A DNA stretch of 64,000 bases from an uncultured Pseudomonadales bacterium (GCA_964441155.1 CAYYKL010000001.1:24393-88392); one strand, 5' to 3'; shown: positions 38,624 through 48,751, counted from the first letter of the stretch. Numbers and translations: made by a program. Notes: a model not told the origin generated them from the sequence alone.

Positions 38624-38653
38624 AGCGCAATCTACTTGACCTGTTATAAAGTC

Positions 38654-39829
38654 TTATGCCCTCGATTGCAAGAGTTTCTTGATGTGAGCTTGATCAGACC
38701 AAGGCGTTTCGTGCTTGCCATCCAAGTTCATTGATTGTTCATGACCCTTGCCAAAAATGCCAACGGTATCACCTGCTTTTGCCAATCGATTGATCGCCCA
38801 ATCAATTGCTTCGCCTCGATCTGGAATGGATATGAGTTTATCGTGACCTGTTTTGATCCCTTGCTTCATTTGATAGATAATTGATTCCACGTTTTCGCCC
38901 CTCGGGTCTTCACTGGTCAAAATGACCACGTCTGCAATTTTTGCCCCGATTGAGCCCATTAAAGGTCGCTTGAGGACATCACGCTCCCCAGCAGCTCCGT
39001 AGACGGCAATCAATTTGCCTTGAGTAGAAGCCCGCAATGACCTGAGAGCCGATTCCAGTGCATTGGGCGTGTGAGCGAAGTCCACCACAATCCGAACATT
39101 GCGCGTATTGGGGATTTCTTCCATTCTCCCAGGGATTCCCGCAAAGGATTGCAGACCTTGATCGATAATTGCTTCATCGATATTTAACAGTTTGGCAACC
39201 GTTCGTGCCGCCTGGGCATTGGCTTGGTTATACGATTCCGAAAATTGTTTTTTAATGTACTGCGGCACGTCATCGATGCTATATGAATAAAGCTTTGAAT
39301 GGTTATGCGTGATTGCGCGCATTTGCTCGAAGGAAGCATCGTTGGCATTGAGCGCTGATTGTTTTGATGAGCGAAATAATTTTGATTTAGCCTTTAGATA
39401 GTTGTCGTAGGTTTCATGATAATCCAAATGCTCGTGAGTCACGTTAGTGAGGACACTTACTTCAGGATTAATTCCCAACAAGCGGTGTTGATCAAGTCCA
39501 TGCGATGTCGCTTCTAGTACTACATGGGTGTAACCATCATGTTTAATTTTTTTGAGCAGGCGTTGCAGTGCCCATGGGGTGGGTGAGGTAACGTGAAACC
39601 CGGTGTCGATGTGTTTGTCGCCAATGAAAGCGGCCACGGTGCTAATGAGTGCAACTTTGTATTTTGCTTGCTTGAGGATGGAGTAAATCAGTGTGCTGGT
39701 GGTGGTTTTCCCGTCAGTTCCGGTTACTCCGATGATGGTTAAGCTTTTCGCAGGATTTCCATTAAGTAATAATGCTACAGAAGCATTAATGAAATGGCCG
39801 ATATTTTTTAGGGATTGAAGCGTAGGCAT
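38654..39829 (-). CDS. murE: MurE-type Mur ligase (short form)
   Basis: GVTGTDGKTTT, EATSHGL, HEHLDYH, DFAHTP, SEDPR and GKGHE. Confidence 0.92.
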   Translation of the reverse strand: MPTLQSLKNIGHFINASVALLLNGNPAKSLTIIGVTGTDGKTTTSTLIYSILKQAKYKVALISTVAAFIGDKHIDTGFHVTSPTPWALQRLLKKIKHDGYTHVVLEATSHGLDQHRLLGINPEVSVLTNVTHEHLDYHETYDNYLKAKSKLFRSSKQSALNANDASFEQMRAITHNHSKLYSYSIDDVPQYIKKQFSESYNQANAQAARTVAKLLNIDEAIIDQGLQSFAGIPGRMEEIPNTRNVRIVVDFAHTPNALESALRSLRASTQGKLIAVYGAAGERDVLKRPLMGSIGAKIADVVILTSEDPRGENVESIIYQMKQGIKTGHDKLISIPDRGEAIDWAINRLAKAGDTVGIFGKGHEQSMNLDGKHETPWSDQAHIKKLLQSRA

Positions 39830-39841
39830 ACTGCCCTGTCA

Positions 39842-41629
39842 TTATATGCCATCTTGTGCATTTGCATCCAAATGATTAAACACATCTTTAACCAGGCCAA
39901 ACCATAAGGGTGCCGCGGTTTCGCTTGCCCACTGTGAGGCTTGCGGTTCGCGAAGTTTTACGAGCATCACAAATTGCGGATCGTCATAGGGGGCAAAGCC
40001 GATGAATGACGCCATGGTTTTCTCGGCATCGTAGTATCCGGCAATGGGGATTTGAGCCGTACCTGTTTTTCCCGCCAGCTTGAAACCTTTGGGAACAGCG
40101 AACTTGGCTTCACCTTCTTCTCCGGCTGCGCGCAACATCAAAGCCACTTTTTCTGCAGCCTCTTTGCTAATGGGCTTGTTCACAATTTTTGGCTTTATGT
40201 CAATTTCACCCTGTTCTGCCAGCACGGTATCTACAACCTGCGGTTGCATCATAACCCCTTCGTTGGCGATTGCCCCCATGGCTTGCACCATTTGGATTGA
40301 AGTCACTGCCAGTCCTTGGCCAAAGGAGCCCGTGGCTAAATCAATATCTCCCCATTTTTCACGAAATTGCGGCACTGTTTCTCCTTCTAGATCGATGCTC
40401 GTCGCTTGTCCAAACCCAAAATCATCCAAATACTGCTCAAATTTGTCTTTGCCTAATTTTTGAGCAGCGAAAATCATACCAGTGTTATCAGAGCGTCTGA
40501 GCACTTCGGTCATGTTCAAGTTGGGATGATATTCGTTATTCCAAGTTTTTATGGTGTATTTACCAATGGTCACCGGACCATTACAGGTCGAGTCACAGGT
40601 GGTATCCGGTTCAACCACTCCTTCATTGATTGCTGCAGCCATCACCAGAGCTTTAAAGGTACTCCCTGGCTCATAGGCATCAGCAATCGAACCCAAGCGG
40701 TAGTGTTCAGGTTCATAGAGTTTGTGACGGGAAGGATCATATGAAGGAAATGATGCCATGCTTAAAATGGCTCCGTCACTTGGGCGCATAATAACCACTT
40801 CACCGCTAACTGCTTGATAACGCTCAATCCCTTTTTGCAATTCTCGCTCCACGATTAATTGCAACCCTCGGTTTAAGTGTGTTTTAAGCGACCTTCCGTG
40901 TCGCACGCCAACTGTTTCAAAGTCACCTACGGTTATGGGATTTCCCAGAGCATCCCGTTCTTGACTTAAAAGCCCATCTTTGCCTCGAAGTTCTAAATCA
41001 TACTCACCTTCTAAGCCAAAATATCCCTCAGGTAAGCCCGTTCCATCTGAGCCCACAAATCCTAATAGTTGCGCTGCCATTGATGCTTCAGGATAGGCTC
41101 TGACTTGATATTCATCAAACCCAATGCCTTTTATGCTTAAGTTAGTAATCGCTGTTTTGGTGGCTTCATTTACTCGCTGACTCAACGGGATCCAGCTAGT
41201 TTTGGGATTAGTGAGCTTGGCACTTAACGTAGCTCCAGTTAGCTCGGTCAATTGAACGGCTAATTCAGCGCTTGGCGTTGCTCCCAAATCCAGCGCATTA
41301 GGTGCAAGCAAGACTTTAAGCTTGTCAACCAGGTCCAGTGGTGCAATCTCAAGATCAGGTGTATAGGCGAAGACCAAATACGCTGGTTGATTGGTGACTA
41401 AGGGAAATCCATCGCTACTTAAAATCTCTCCGCGCATAGCAGGAATGGTAACTCTAGATTGCCGTTGCAGCGTTGCCAGTGTCTGCAACCTGCCATGAGC
41501 CAACACTTGCCAATAAAACAGCCTGCCCAAAACGACGAATAAAAAAAGGAGAAATCCTATATGGATGACATGGATCCGGCTAAATTTCACGATGTTTTTC
41601 AAGTATAACGGTTTACTCAATTGAAGCAA
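39842..41629 (-). CDS. ftsI: Class B penicillin-binding protein (FtsI)
   Basis: RGEI dimerisation domain, EPGSTFK (SxxK), SDN and KTGT; follows ftsL. The start is uncertain. Confidence 0.92.
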   Translation of the reverse strand: MLQLSKPLYLKNIVKFSRIHVIHIGFLLFLFVVLGRLFYWQVLAHGRLQTLATLQRQSRVTIPAMRGEILSSDGFPLVTNQPAYLVFAYTPDLEIAPLDLVDKLKVLLAPNALDLGATPSAELAVQLTELTGATLSAKLTNPKTSWIPLSQRVNEATKTAITNLSIKGIGFDEYQVRAYPEASMAAQLLGFVGSDGTGLPEGYFGLEGEYDLELRGKDGLLSQERDALGNPITVGDFETVGVRHGRSLKTHLNRGLQLIVERELQKGIERYQAVSGEVVIMRPSDGAILSMASFPSYDPSRHKLYEPEHYRLGSIADAYEPGSTFKALVMAAAINEGVVEPDTTCDSTCNGPVTIGKYTIKTWNNEYHPNLNMTEVLRRSDNTGMIFAAQKLGKDKFEQYLDDFGFGQATSIDLEGETVPQFREKWGDIDLATGSFGQGLAVTSIQMVQAMGAIANEGVMMQPQVVDTVLAEQGEIDIKPKIVNKPISKEAAEKVALMLRAAGEEGEAKFAVPKGFKLAGKTGTAQIPIAGYYDAEKTMASFIGFAPYDDPQFVMLVKLREPQASQWASETAAPLWFGLVKDVFNHLDANAQDGI

Positions 41630-41927
41630 CGTTGCCAGTTTGCAAGTTAAGATAGGTTACATCAGCATTGAAACCTTGATTAAGGGCTTCTTGCTCAAGG
41701 GTGTGCAGCGAACCACTTTTATGCAAATACGTTTCTAATTGCTGGTTTTGTAATTCAAGCGTTTCGGTTTGACTTTGCACATTCTTTAAATGAATTCCCA
41801 AATTCGACAAGCGGGTGGTCAAAAACACGTTTGCCAAAACAAGCATGCCCACTCCACAACAAATAGTAAAAAGAATGAGCTTAAGATGATGTTTCGGTTG
41901 GTCTGGTTCGGTGTGGTGGTGTCTCAT
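41613..41927 (-). CDS. ftsL: FtsL-like cell division protein
   Basis: Small TM plus coiled-coil protein between rsmH and ftsI. Confidence 0.65.
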   Translation of the reverse strand: MRHHHTEPDQPKHHLKLILFTICCGVGMLVLANVFLTTRLSNLGIHLKNVQSQTETLELQNQQLETYLHKSGSLHTLEQEALNQGFNADVTYLNLQTGNVASIE

Positions 41928-42808
41928 AGTTTTTCAATAATTCTCAAGCGGGCGCTTCTTGAGCGTGGGTTTTTTATAATTTCTTCTCTTGAGGCCGCAA
42001 GAGGTTTTTTTGTAATTGCTAAGGCTTTTTTTTCGGTAACTGCCTGGGACATAAAATTTTTGACCAGGCGGTCTTCGGTTTCATGGAACGCAATAACCAC
42101 GAGCCTGCCGCCCGCATCAAGTAATTGCAGTGCTTGAGGCAGTGCTGCCTTCAAATGCTCCATTTCTTGATTCACTTCCATGCGCAGTGCTTGAAACGTC
42201 TTGGTTGCCGGGTGAATCGAATCGTGGCGCGAGTTCGATATGCCCTCGATTAAATGTGCCAACTCAAGTGTGGTTTCGATCGGCTTTTCACTCCGTTTCT
42301 CCACAATTGAGCGAGCAATGGAACGAGCATTTCGTTCCTGGCTATGTAATGTTAAAAGTGCAAACAATTCGTCTTCGCTAAACGTATTCACGATGTGGGC
42401 AGCGGTGATTTCTGCCTGCTGGTCCATGCGCATGTCAAGCTTTGACTGCGCTTGAAACGAGAACCCTCTTTCTGACGTATCAAGCTGCAAGCTCGATACG
42501 CCTAAGTCCATTAAGATGCCAGATACTTGATCAACTTCATTTTCTCGTGCTAAAGCATCGAGATGGTTAAAGTTGCCATAAACAGGCACAAAATGGTTAT
42601 CGTTAATGATGCTTCTGACATACGCTAATATCTCCTGATCGCAATCAATACCTAAGACCCGTCCACCTCGTTTTAAGATCTCTTGCGTGTGGCCGCCGGC
42701 TCCGAGTGTGGCATCGACATACCACTTGTTTGCTTGAACCGCCAATGCTTCAATCGCTTCTTCTAATAACACCGGTATATGCGGTCGATCTTCTCGTTTG
42801 TTATTCAT
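41924..42808 (-). CDS. rsmH: 16S rRNA m4C1402 methyltransferase
   Basis: HIPVL, DATLGAGGH, DLGVSS, LDMRMD, HPATKTFQALR and NPRSRSA. Confidence 0.97.
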   Translation of the reverse strand: MNNKREDRPHIPVLLEEAIEALAVQANKWYVDATLGAGGHTQEILKRGGRVLGIDCDQEILAYVRSIINDNHFVPVYGNFNHLDALARENEVDQVSGILMDLGVSSLQLDTSERGFSFQAQSKLDMRMDQQAEITAAHIVNTFSEDELFALLTLHSQERNARSIARSIVEKRSEKPIETTLELAHLIEGISNSRHDSIHPATKTFQALRMEVNQEMEHLKAALPQALQLLDAGGRLVVIAFHETEDRLVKNFMSQAVTEKKALAITKKPLAASREEIIKNPRSRSARLRIIEKL

Positions 42809-43235
42809 GTTTAGTTTCTATTCCTTCGACGATCGACTCAACATTGGCCGAAACGTGCTCGAGATAACGGTGATAGGTATCTTGATCCCAAATTTCGACC
42901 CGGTTTAATGAGCCAACTACCACTATTCTTTTGCTTAAGTGAGCAAACTGTTGCATGTAATCTGGAATCAAAATCCGTCCCAGACTGTCGGGCTCACTCA
43001 AAACGGCAGTGTTACTCAAATATCGGGCCCAATCACGACTTTTTTTGGTGGTAAGTGGTTGCTTGGCCACCGTGCTCACCGTTGCTTCCCACTCAAGTTT
43101 GCTAAACAGAAACAAGCAACCTTCAAGCCCTTGGGTGAGAACAGGCTCTTTTCCCAACGAATCGCGAAATGATTTAGGTACCGACAGGCGACCTTTTTGT
43201 TCAAGTGCGTGGTAGTAGCGGCCGATTAAATACAT
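42801..43235 (-). CDS. mraZ: Transcriptional regulator MraZ
   Basis: KGRLSVP, DSLGRILIP and RVEIWD. Confidence 0.96.
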   Translation of the reverse strand: MYLIGRYYHALEQKGRLSVPKSFRDSLGKEPVLTQGLEGCLFLFSKLEWEATVSTVAKQPLTTKKSRDWARYLSNTAVLSEPDSLGRILIPDYMQQFAHLSKRIVVVGSLNRVEIWDQDTYHRYLEHVSANVESIVEGIETKHE

Positions 43236-43248
43236 ACTATAAGTTTCT

Positions 43249-43267
43249 TTACCACTTTATACCACTC
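43249..43267 (-). promoter_or_regulatory. MraZ-binding direct repeats
   Basis: AGTGGT repeated with 10-bp period (GAGTGGTATAAAGTGGTAA) just upstream of mraZ. Confidence 0.7.
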
Positions 43268-43293
43268 ATCTTTGTCTAGTAAACACCCATGAA

Positions 43294-43532
43294 CGGTCGA
43301 GCGCAACGAGAAAAATACCCGAATATACGAGGAATAAAATCATTTCTGCTTAAAAAAATTGCGACCGAAAATATTGTTCGAGGCAGAATTAACGAGAACT
43401 TTGGTAGACTAATTTCTAGTCCTCCCTCACAAACATCTCGCTTGATCACCAGCTTTGGAAAACTACAAACTTCTCATTTCATTCGAAGAATATTCTTTGC
43501 AATGGGAAATTGACAACAGACGCGCTCGCACG
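43294..43532 (-). ncRNA. Candidate ~240-nt structured non-coding RNA
   Basis: Nested complementarity: CGAGCGCG/UGCGCUCG at the ends, CCC..GAAUAU/AUAUUC-GGG, GAAUGAAAU/AUUUUAUUC, and two inner arms. Confidence 0.45.
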
Positions 43533-43544
43533 CGAAGTATTGAA

Positions 43545-44354
43545 TTATTTCAACACCACAAATGATTGATATGTTGTCGTATTGGCTGTGATCGATCGAC
43601 CAGAGACTTCAGCCTCAATTTCTTGCCACTCTACTCCATCCCAGCCCAAAAGCTTGGCAGTTGAGCTCTCCTCGCTGGCACGAAAGGTCAAGTTGACATT
43701 GGCCTCAGGAAGACTTCCCACGCCTCTGAAAAGGTAGGGGCCGGCAATGACATCACCATCAAGCTCTCCGGGATACCCCGGGCTTTTCATGACCACAATT
43801 TTGCTGGTTTGATACGGCTTATCGAGCTTAACTTGAAAAAATCCGTCGCTGGTAGAAAATTCCGTGTATGATTTTTCCGCATCACTATACCGCCAGGATT
43901 CCTTGAGAGCATAATCTTCGTCTTCGAAGTTTAGGGTATAGGTACCGCCAATGACGTCTTCATGGTAGGTAATGTGCCCGCCCGCTGACTTGGATCCCAA
44001 AAATATTTCTTCTTTTTGCAAATCACTTGTCAGGGGAAATTCTTTTAGGACAGCGTCCATAACACCTTTATTGCGATCATATTCCAAAACCACTTCAACT
44101 GTTTCAGCTGCTTTTTTGCGCTCGTGGATGACCATCTGGAGTTTATTTCTATCTGCCAGAGGAATAATTTCAACATAGGGGCGATCTTCAATCGCGATCA
44201 AATTTACTGGAGCTTGCACTTTCTTAGGTTGTTGCACTTGCTCTGTTGGTTTGTTGCCTCGCGATCGCATCCACATAAAGCCCACCAAACCGACCACCAC
44301 CAAAACAATAATTCCCACTAGTGCCATCGGCTTATTATTATTGTTCTTTTTCAT
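43545..44354 (-). CDS. Hypothetical single-TM extracytoplasmic protein
   Basis: Basic N-terminus, TM helix and beta-rich soluble domain. Confidence 0.85.
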   Translation of the reverse strand: MKKNNNNKPMALVGIIVLVVVGLVGFMWMRSRGNKPTEQVQQPKKVQAPVNLIAIEDRPYVEIIPLADRNKLQMVIHERKKAAETVEVVLEYDRNKGVMDAVLKEFPLTSDLQKEEIFLGSKSAGGHITYHEDVIGGTYTLNFEDEDYALKESWRYSDAEKSYTEFSTSDGFFQVKLDKPYQTSKIVVMKSPGYPGELDGDVIAGPYLFRGVGSLPEANVNLTFRASEESSTAKLLGWDGVEWQEIEAEVSGRSITANTTTYQSFVVLK

Positions 44355-44455
44355 GGGAACAGCTCCAAATCAAATTTCTACTACCAAGGACCAGGATACC
44401 AAAGGAACAGCGCACTCACAACTTAAACAATGCTTTCCACCTGAATGCAATTATC

Positions 44456-45856
44456 TTACCTCTTCATTTTCTGGGTTAAATAGTCGATGAGCTTTTCCAC
44501 GCCAACTCGCTCTTGCTTGGTCGTGTCGCGATAGCGCACGGTGACACTCTCGTCAGAAAGCGAATCAAAATCAATGGTCACGCAAAAAGGCGTACCTATT
44601 TCATCCTGATACAAATATCGCTTGCCAATATTGCCTCGATCATCCCAAGTGGTGCGGAAATCTTTCTTAAGTGACGCATACACGTCTCGAGCTTTGGCAA
44701 CTAACTCCGGTTTATTTTTAAGCAGCGGGAATACGGCCACTTGATGAGGCGCAAGGCTTGGTTTAATCTTGAGTACAATTCGATTGTTCTCGGAATCTTC
44801 CCAATAAGCGTTGGTGAGCACCATCAAAAAGGCTCGGCCAATCCCCAGTGCCGGCTCAATCACATGCGGCACAAAGATATTGTTAGTCTGTGGATCACGA
44901 TATTCAAGCTTCGTGCCTGATGCTGTTGCGTGAGCATTGAGATCAAAGTCAGTGCGATAAGCAACTCCCCACAGTTCCTTCCATCCAAACGAAAATTCGT
45001 AATCCAAGTCATAGGTGTCTTTGCTATAGTGACTGCGCTCTTTATCAGTGTGTTGTCGCCATCTGAGCGATTGCTCATCGACTCCCAAAGTATTAGTTAC
45101 AAAGCTCCACATCGCCTGTTTCCACTGCTCAAATAGTTCTTGCCAAACACTTGATTGCGGATCAAAGAAGTATTCAATTTCTGCTTGTTCAAGTTCCAGA
45201 GTGCGGAAAATAAATTGTCCCGTAGTAATTTCGTTCCGAAAACTTTTACCCATTTGACCTATACCAAAGGGCAACTGAACGCGAGTGGAATCCAGCACTT
45301 GCTTAAAGTTGGTGAAAATCCCTTGAGCGGTCTCACCTCGCAAGTAGATTTTTGACTTGTCTCCTGAGACCGCACCAATAGAGCTTTCAAAAAGCAAGTT
45401 AAAGGTTTTCGGTTCGGTTAAGGGATTTCCTTCAGGACTCATTATTCGATGATCGAGCATAAGTTGCTTCATTTCATCGAGCGTCATATTTTCAACTACC
45501 AGATTTTTAAGTGAATCCTCTGCTTGCTTTTGCAACCATGCTTCAATTACATGGTCGGCACGATAGCGTTTTTTGGTTTTGGTGTCTTCAACCAACGGAT
45601 CAGAAAACGAAGCGACATGTCCTGAAGCTACCCAAGTTTGCGGGTGCAATAGAATTTGAGAATCTAGCCCCACCATATCTTCACGCTGCTCCACAAATAC
45701 CTGCCACCACGCATCACGGATGTTTTTTAATAGCTGTGCTCCAAGCGGACCGTAATCGTAACTATTTGCCAAGCCTCCATATATTTCGGAGGTTGGATAC
45801 ACAAATCCTCGGCGTTTAGCGAGAGCCACAATTTGATCTAGCGTTGGTTTTGACAT
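44456..45856 (-). CDS. glyQS: Glycine--tRNA ligase (alpha2 type)
   Basis: KRRGF, YDYGPLG, LRGETAQGIF, GKSFRNEI, IEPALG and IGKRY..QDEIGTP. Confidence 0.98.
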   Translation of the reverse strand: MSKPTLDQIVALAKRRGFVYPTSEIYGGLANSYDYGPLGAQLLKNIRDAWWQVFVEQREDMVGLDSQILLHPQTWVASGHVASFSDPLVEDTKTKKRYRADHVIEAWLQKQAEDSLKNLVVENMTLDEMKQLMLDHRIMSPEGNPLTEPKTFNLLFESSIGAVSGDKSKIYLRGETAQGIFTNFKQVLDSTRVQLPFGIGQMGKSFRNEITTGQFIFRTLELEQAEIEYFFDPQSSVWQELFEQWKQAMWSFVTNTLGVDEQSLRWRQHTDKERSHYSKDTYDLDYEFSFGWKELWGVAYRTDFDLNAHATASGTKLEYRDPQTNNIFVPHVIEPALGIGRAFLMVLTNAYWEDSENNRIVLKIKPSLAPHQVAVFPLLKNKPELVAKARDVYASLKKDFRTTWDDRGNIGKRYLYQDEIGTPFCVTIDFDSLSDESVTVRYRDTTKQERVGVEKLIDYLTQKMKR

Positions 45857-45901
45857 ATTTTTCCTTTTCTTGTCATCCTTGCGTAAAATAAGGATGACAC
45901 T

Positions 45902-46063
45902 AAAAAACCGTCCTTCATACAAAAACGCTCTACGTTTATTGTACAAGGGACGGCTCTGTATATTCGAGTCGCGGTTCCACCCTCGTTCCTTTTGCTTTAT
46001 AAAGCAAAAGACTCTTTGTCTTCACTTGTTTTTTCCGCTTGCCAAAGACGGACTATATTAGTG
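45902..46063 (-). promoter_or_regulatory. T-box riboswitch (Gly specifier, minimal) with intrinsic terminator
   Basis: Stem I UCCG(U)CUU-UGGC-AAGCGGA with GGC at 46041-46043; Stem III at 45989-46010; AACGAGGG-UGGAACC-GCG...CGUCCCU; terminator CCGUCC...GGACGG-U6. Confidence 0.9.
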
Positions 46064-46075
46064 CAATTCTAAATT

Positions 46076-46621
46076 TTATTGATGAATAGTCAAGTAGGCT
46101 TTGGAGCGCAGGGAGTGCGCTGCCAGTTCTTCAATGTATTCCTTGAGTGAGGTTTCGCTAAACTGTTTGTCATGGGTAAAGCCCAAGAATTGCAACAGCA
46201 ACCGAAATTGCTCTAACATCACACTCTTGCCAACCTGAGCTTGTGCCAATTGATCCAACATCTGGCTCAAGTGCGTGAAAACATATTCATTTTCTTCATG
46301 CTCCACCGTCAGCGCATCAATAATTTCCAAGACTTGATGAGCCTTAACCAGTGTTTGCAAGTTAGTGCTCAAATACGGCCGACTACAAATAAGCTGGCAT
46401 TGTGTGAGCAGGGTAAACCCCTTAGTGGTTACAAATTGAAAACGAGCTTGCGTGCCGGGTTCCAGCAAACTTCGCTTGCTCGAGTTTAAGCGTCTAGCTC
46501 CCTTTGCAACAGCCGTTACTTTGCCCAAAGCATCGGTATAAACGGTCACCATGCGATCAGCTTCTCCCCAATTCCGGCGTTTCAATACAATTCCTTGGCA
46601 AGAAAATGACTTAGAGGGCAT
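46076..46621 (-). CDS. recO: DNA repair protein RecO (short form)
   Basis: GIVLKRRNWGEADRMVTVYT..LGKV.AVAKGAR N-terminal OB-fold; lacks the C-terminal Zn-finger region. Confidence 0.9.
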   Translation of the reverse strand: MPSKSFSCQGIVLKRRNWGEADRMVTVYTDALGKVTAVAKGARRLNSSKRSLLEPGTQARFQFVTTKGFTLLTQCQLICSRPYLSTNLQTLVKAHQVLEIIDALTVEHEENEYVFTHLSQMLDQLAQAQVGKSVMLEQFRLLLQFLGFTHDKQFSETSLKEYIEELAAHSLRSKAYLTIHQ

Positions 46622-46624
46622 AGG

Positions 46625-48751
46625 TTATTGCAGCTTAATTGACAGTGTTTTGTCAGTTGCGAGCGCGAATTCTTCGCGGAAATAATCATTGAGGCTTACG
46701 GTATATTCAGGTGCATTCTTGCCTGGCTGTTTTTGCACATACAGGATATATGTGCCTTGCGGTTTATAGGGAATGGAATAGGTCAAAATAATTTTGGCTT
46801 GCGACTCCGGATTAAGCTTGAAAAAACCTTCGATCACCGTCTTGTCTAAATCCTCACTCACTGCCACCGTGCCATCATCGAAACCCAATGCTTCGGTGAG
46901 CTGGCTGCCCTTAGGGAGGTAAATCCTGGTATAGCTTGGGAGCACGCCATTGAGACACAGTTGGCCAGCCTCAAGGTTGCAATTGTCTCCTTTGCGCGGG
47001 TTTTTGTAGGCAATGGTTACTTTTTTAGATACTGCTCCATCGGCACCAACGGTTATTTCTTGCTCCACCTCTTCGGTGACAAACATATTACTTTTTGCCC
47101 CACCAAAATTCGCATCATTCACATGGATAAAATCTCCCTCAAACGCTCTCATCCTCCCGGCAACATTAATCGTTTCGGCAGCAGCTTGAGCTTGAGGATC
47201 ATTAAAGTAAAAAAGCACATGCTTGCGGCTAATTGCATCTGAAGCAGTTTGAAACAGAGCTGGATAGACTTGCTTGGGCGCACCGAAGGCTTTTTGCAAG
47301 ATCGTTTGCATTAGGGGCCCAAGCACTCCTTTGCGGTCTGAGCGATGATACGGCGTGGGCCTGGTAATCATGTTTTCCAGTTGATATACCACTTGCGGGC
47401 AATCACAAGCAGCGACTGTTTCGTTGGTAAACGTCCCAAACCCAGGCACCTCAACCGGACCGAGGGTTTCAATGAGTTTGGTGAGCACGTTGGTATCAAC
47501 TGCAATGATGCCATCAATTGTTGGTTCACCCTTAATTGTGACGTAGTGCTTAACAAACTCATCCATCGAAACTTTGAAGTCTGGCGACAAATTCATGTCT
47601 CTCAAATTCCACACCGGGACTGCGGGCAAATACTTCTTGATTGCTGGAGGAGGCGTAATCGTACTTCGAAAGGCATTATCAAGCTCATAAATATCATCGG
47701 ACTTTACTGGCTCAATCTTACCCTTGTCTACTTTCAACACCGCATAAGCAGTCATAAAACCACCTGTCGGGCGCAATTCCCCGTCGTTTTGAAAGAGCAC
47801 TAAATACGTTTTGGGTTGGTCAACTCCAGCGACTTTAGGCAATTGTTCAATTGCTGGTCGAGCTTGGTCGAGCGCCACTTCAGCCTGAGCTATTTGAGTC
47901 CGAGCTATTTCTATTAGCTCGCTCACGGTCTGGGCTTCGACCGGCAATTTTCCTTTGACTGATTCAGGCAGAGCGAATGGGTAGCGTTTGGGATTTATCC
48001 CCGCCAATTCCTGATTAACGACATGCAATTTTTGCTCCACTGCATCAAGACTTGGCGTAACTTTGTCTAACGTTTCGACCACCTTAACAATGCGCTCTTC
48101 CGCCGTGCCACCCATAAAACTACCCTCACCAGTGAAGCCAATGACATCTGCATAGGGTTCAATTGCCTCCACCATGATTTGGGCTGCTTCAACCCCTGCA
48201 AGCGCGGCATTCAAAGCGCGCTTACCATCTTGATAATGCCATCGAGCGGGTGTCGCCGACCAAAAACCCAAAGAGGCATAGGACGACTGCAATTCCATAA
48301 TCTTTTCATGGGTATTATTCAGGTTTTGCTTGCCAGTTGCCAAGTCTTGACCTTTTAAGGAAGCATAGGTACTCATGGCTTCGAACTGGGCTTGCTTGGC
48401 GGTTTTTATCATTGCTGTAGCCTTAACTGCAGTAACCGCCACCATAACAAGCATTACGAGCAGGAAAACCACAAAAATTCCCAGAGCAATAAACAACATT
48501 TTTTTACGCTTACTTTTCCCCTTCCAGGAGAAAAGTTTGCCGCGAATCTTTTTGGGCTTTGTTATCGTGTCGCTCAATTGAGGAATTTCGTCGCCTGCTT
48601 CGAGACCCACTTTTTTAAAGTAAGAGCCTTCTTCAAGCTTTTCCTGTTTTTTGCCTTCAGGCAACTTGACCACTTCTTTCGGCTCGTTGCTCGGCAGAGT
48701 GTTAGTGGAATCGTTACTATCTGGCTTAGGCTGTAGATCATCTGGTTGCAT
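46625..48751 (-). CDS. DUF4012-like membrane-anchored protein
   Basis: TM helix, helical region, YLVLFQNDGELRPTGGF, RDMNLSPDF, DANFGGAKSN and QKQPG motifs. Confidence 0.82.
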   Translation of the reverse strand: MQPDDLQPKPDSNDSTNTLPSNEPKEVVKLPEGKKQEKLEEGSYFKKVGLEAGDEIPQLSDTITKPKKIRGKLFSWKGKSKRKKMLFIALGIFVVFLLVMLVMVAVTAVKATAMIKTAKQAQFEAMSTYASLKGQDLATGKQNLNNTHEKIMELQSSYASLGFWSATPARWHYQDGKRALNAALAGVEAAQIMVEAIEPYADVIGFTGEGSFMGGTAEERIVKVVETLDKVTPSLDAVEQKLHVVNQELAGINPKRYPFALPESVKGKLPVEAQTVSELIEIARTQIAQAEVALDQARPAIEQLPKVAGVDQPKTYLVLFQNDGELRPTGGFMTAYAVLKVDKGKIEPVKSDDIYELDNAFRSTITPPPAIKKYLPAVPVWNLRDMNLSPDFKVSMDEFVKHYVTIKGEPTIDGIIAVDTNVLTKLIETLGPVEVPGFGTFTNETVAACDCPQVVYQLENMITRPTPYHRSDRKGVLGPLMQTILQKAFGAPKQVYPALFQTASDAISRKHVLFYFNDPQAQAAAETINVAGRMRAFEGDFIHVNDANFGGAKSNMFVTEEVEQEITVGADGAVSKKVTIAYKNPRKGDNCNLEAGQLCLNGVLPSYTRIYLPKGSQLTEALGFDDGTVAVSEDLDKTVIEGFFKLNPESQAKIILTYSIPYKPQGTYILYVQKQPGKNAPEYTVSLNDYFREEFALATDKTLSIKLQ

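Noticed and set aside
43289-43513. 74-aa plus-strand ORF upstream of mraZ
   Set aside because: No SD or motif and an atypical composition; nested base-pairing explains the region better.
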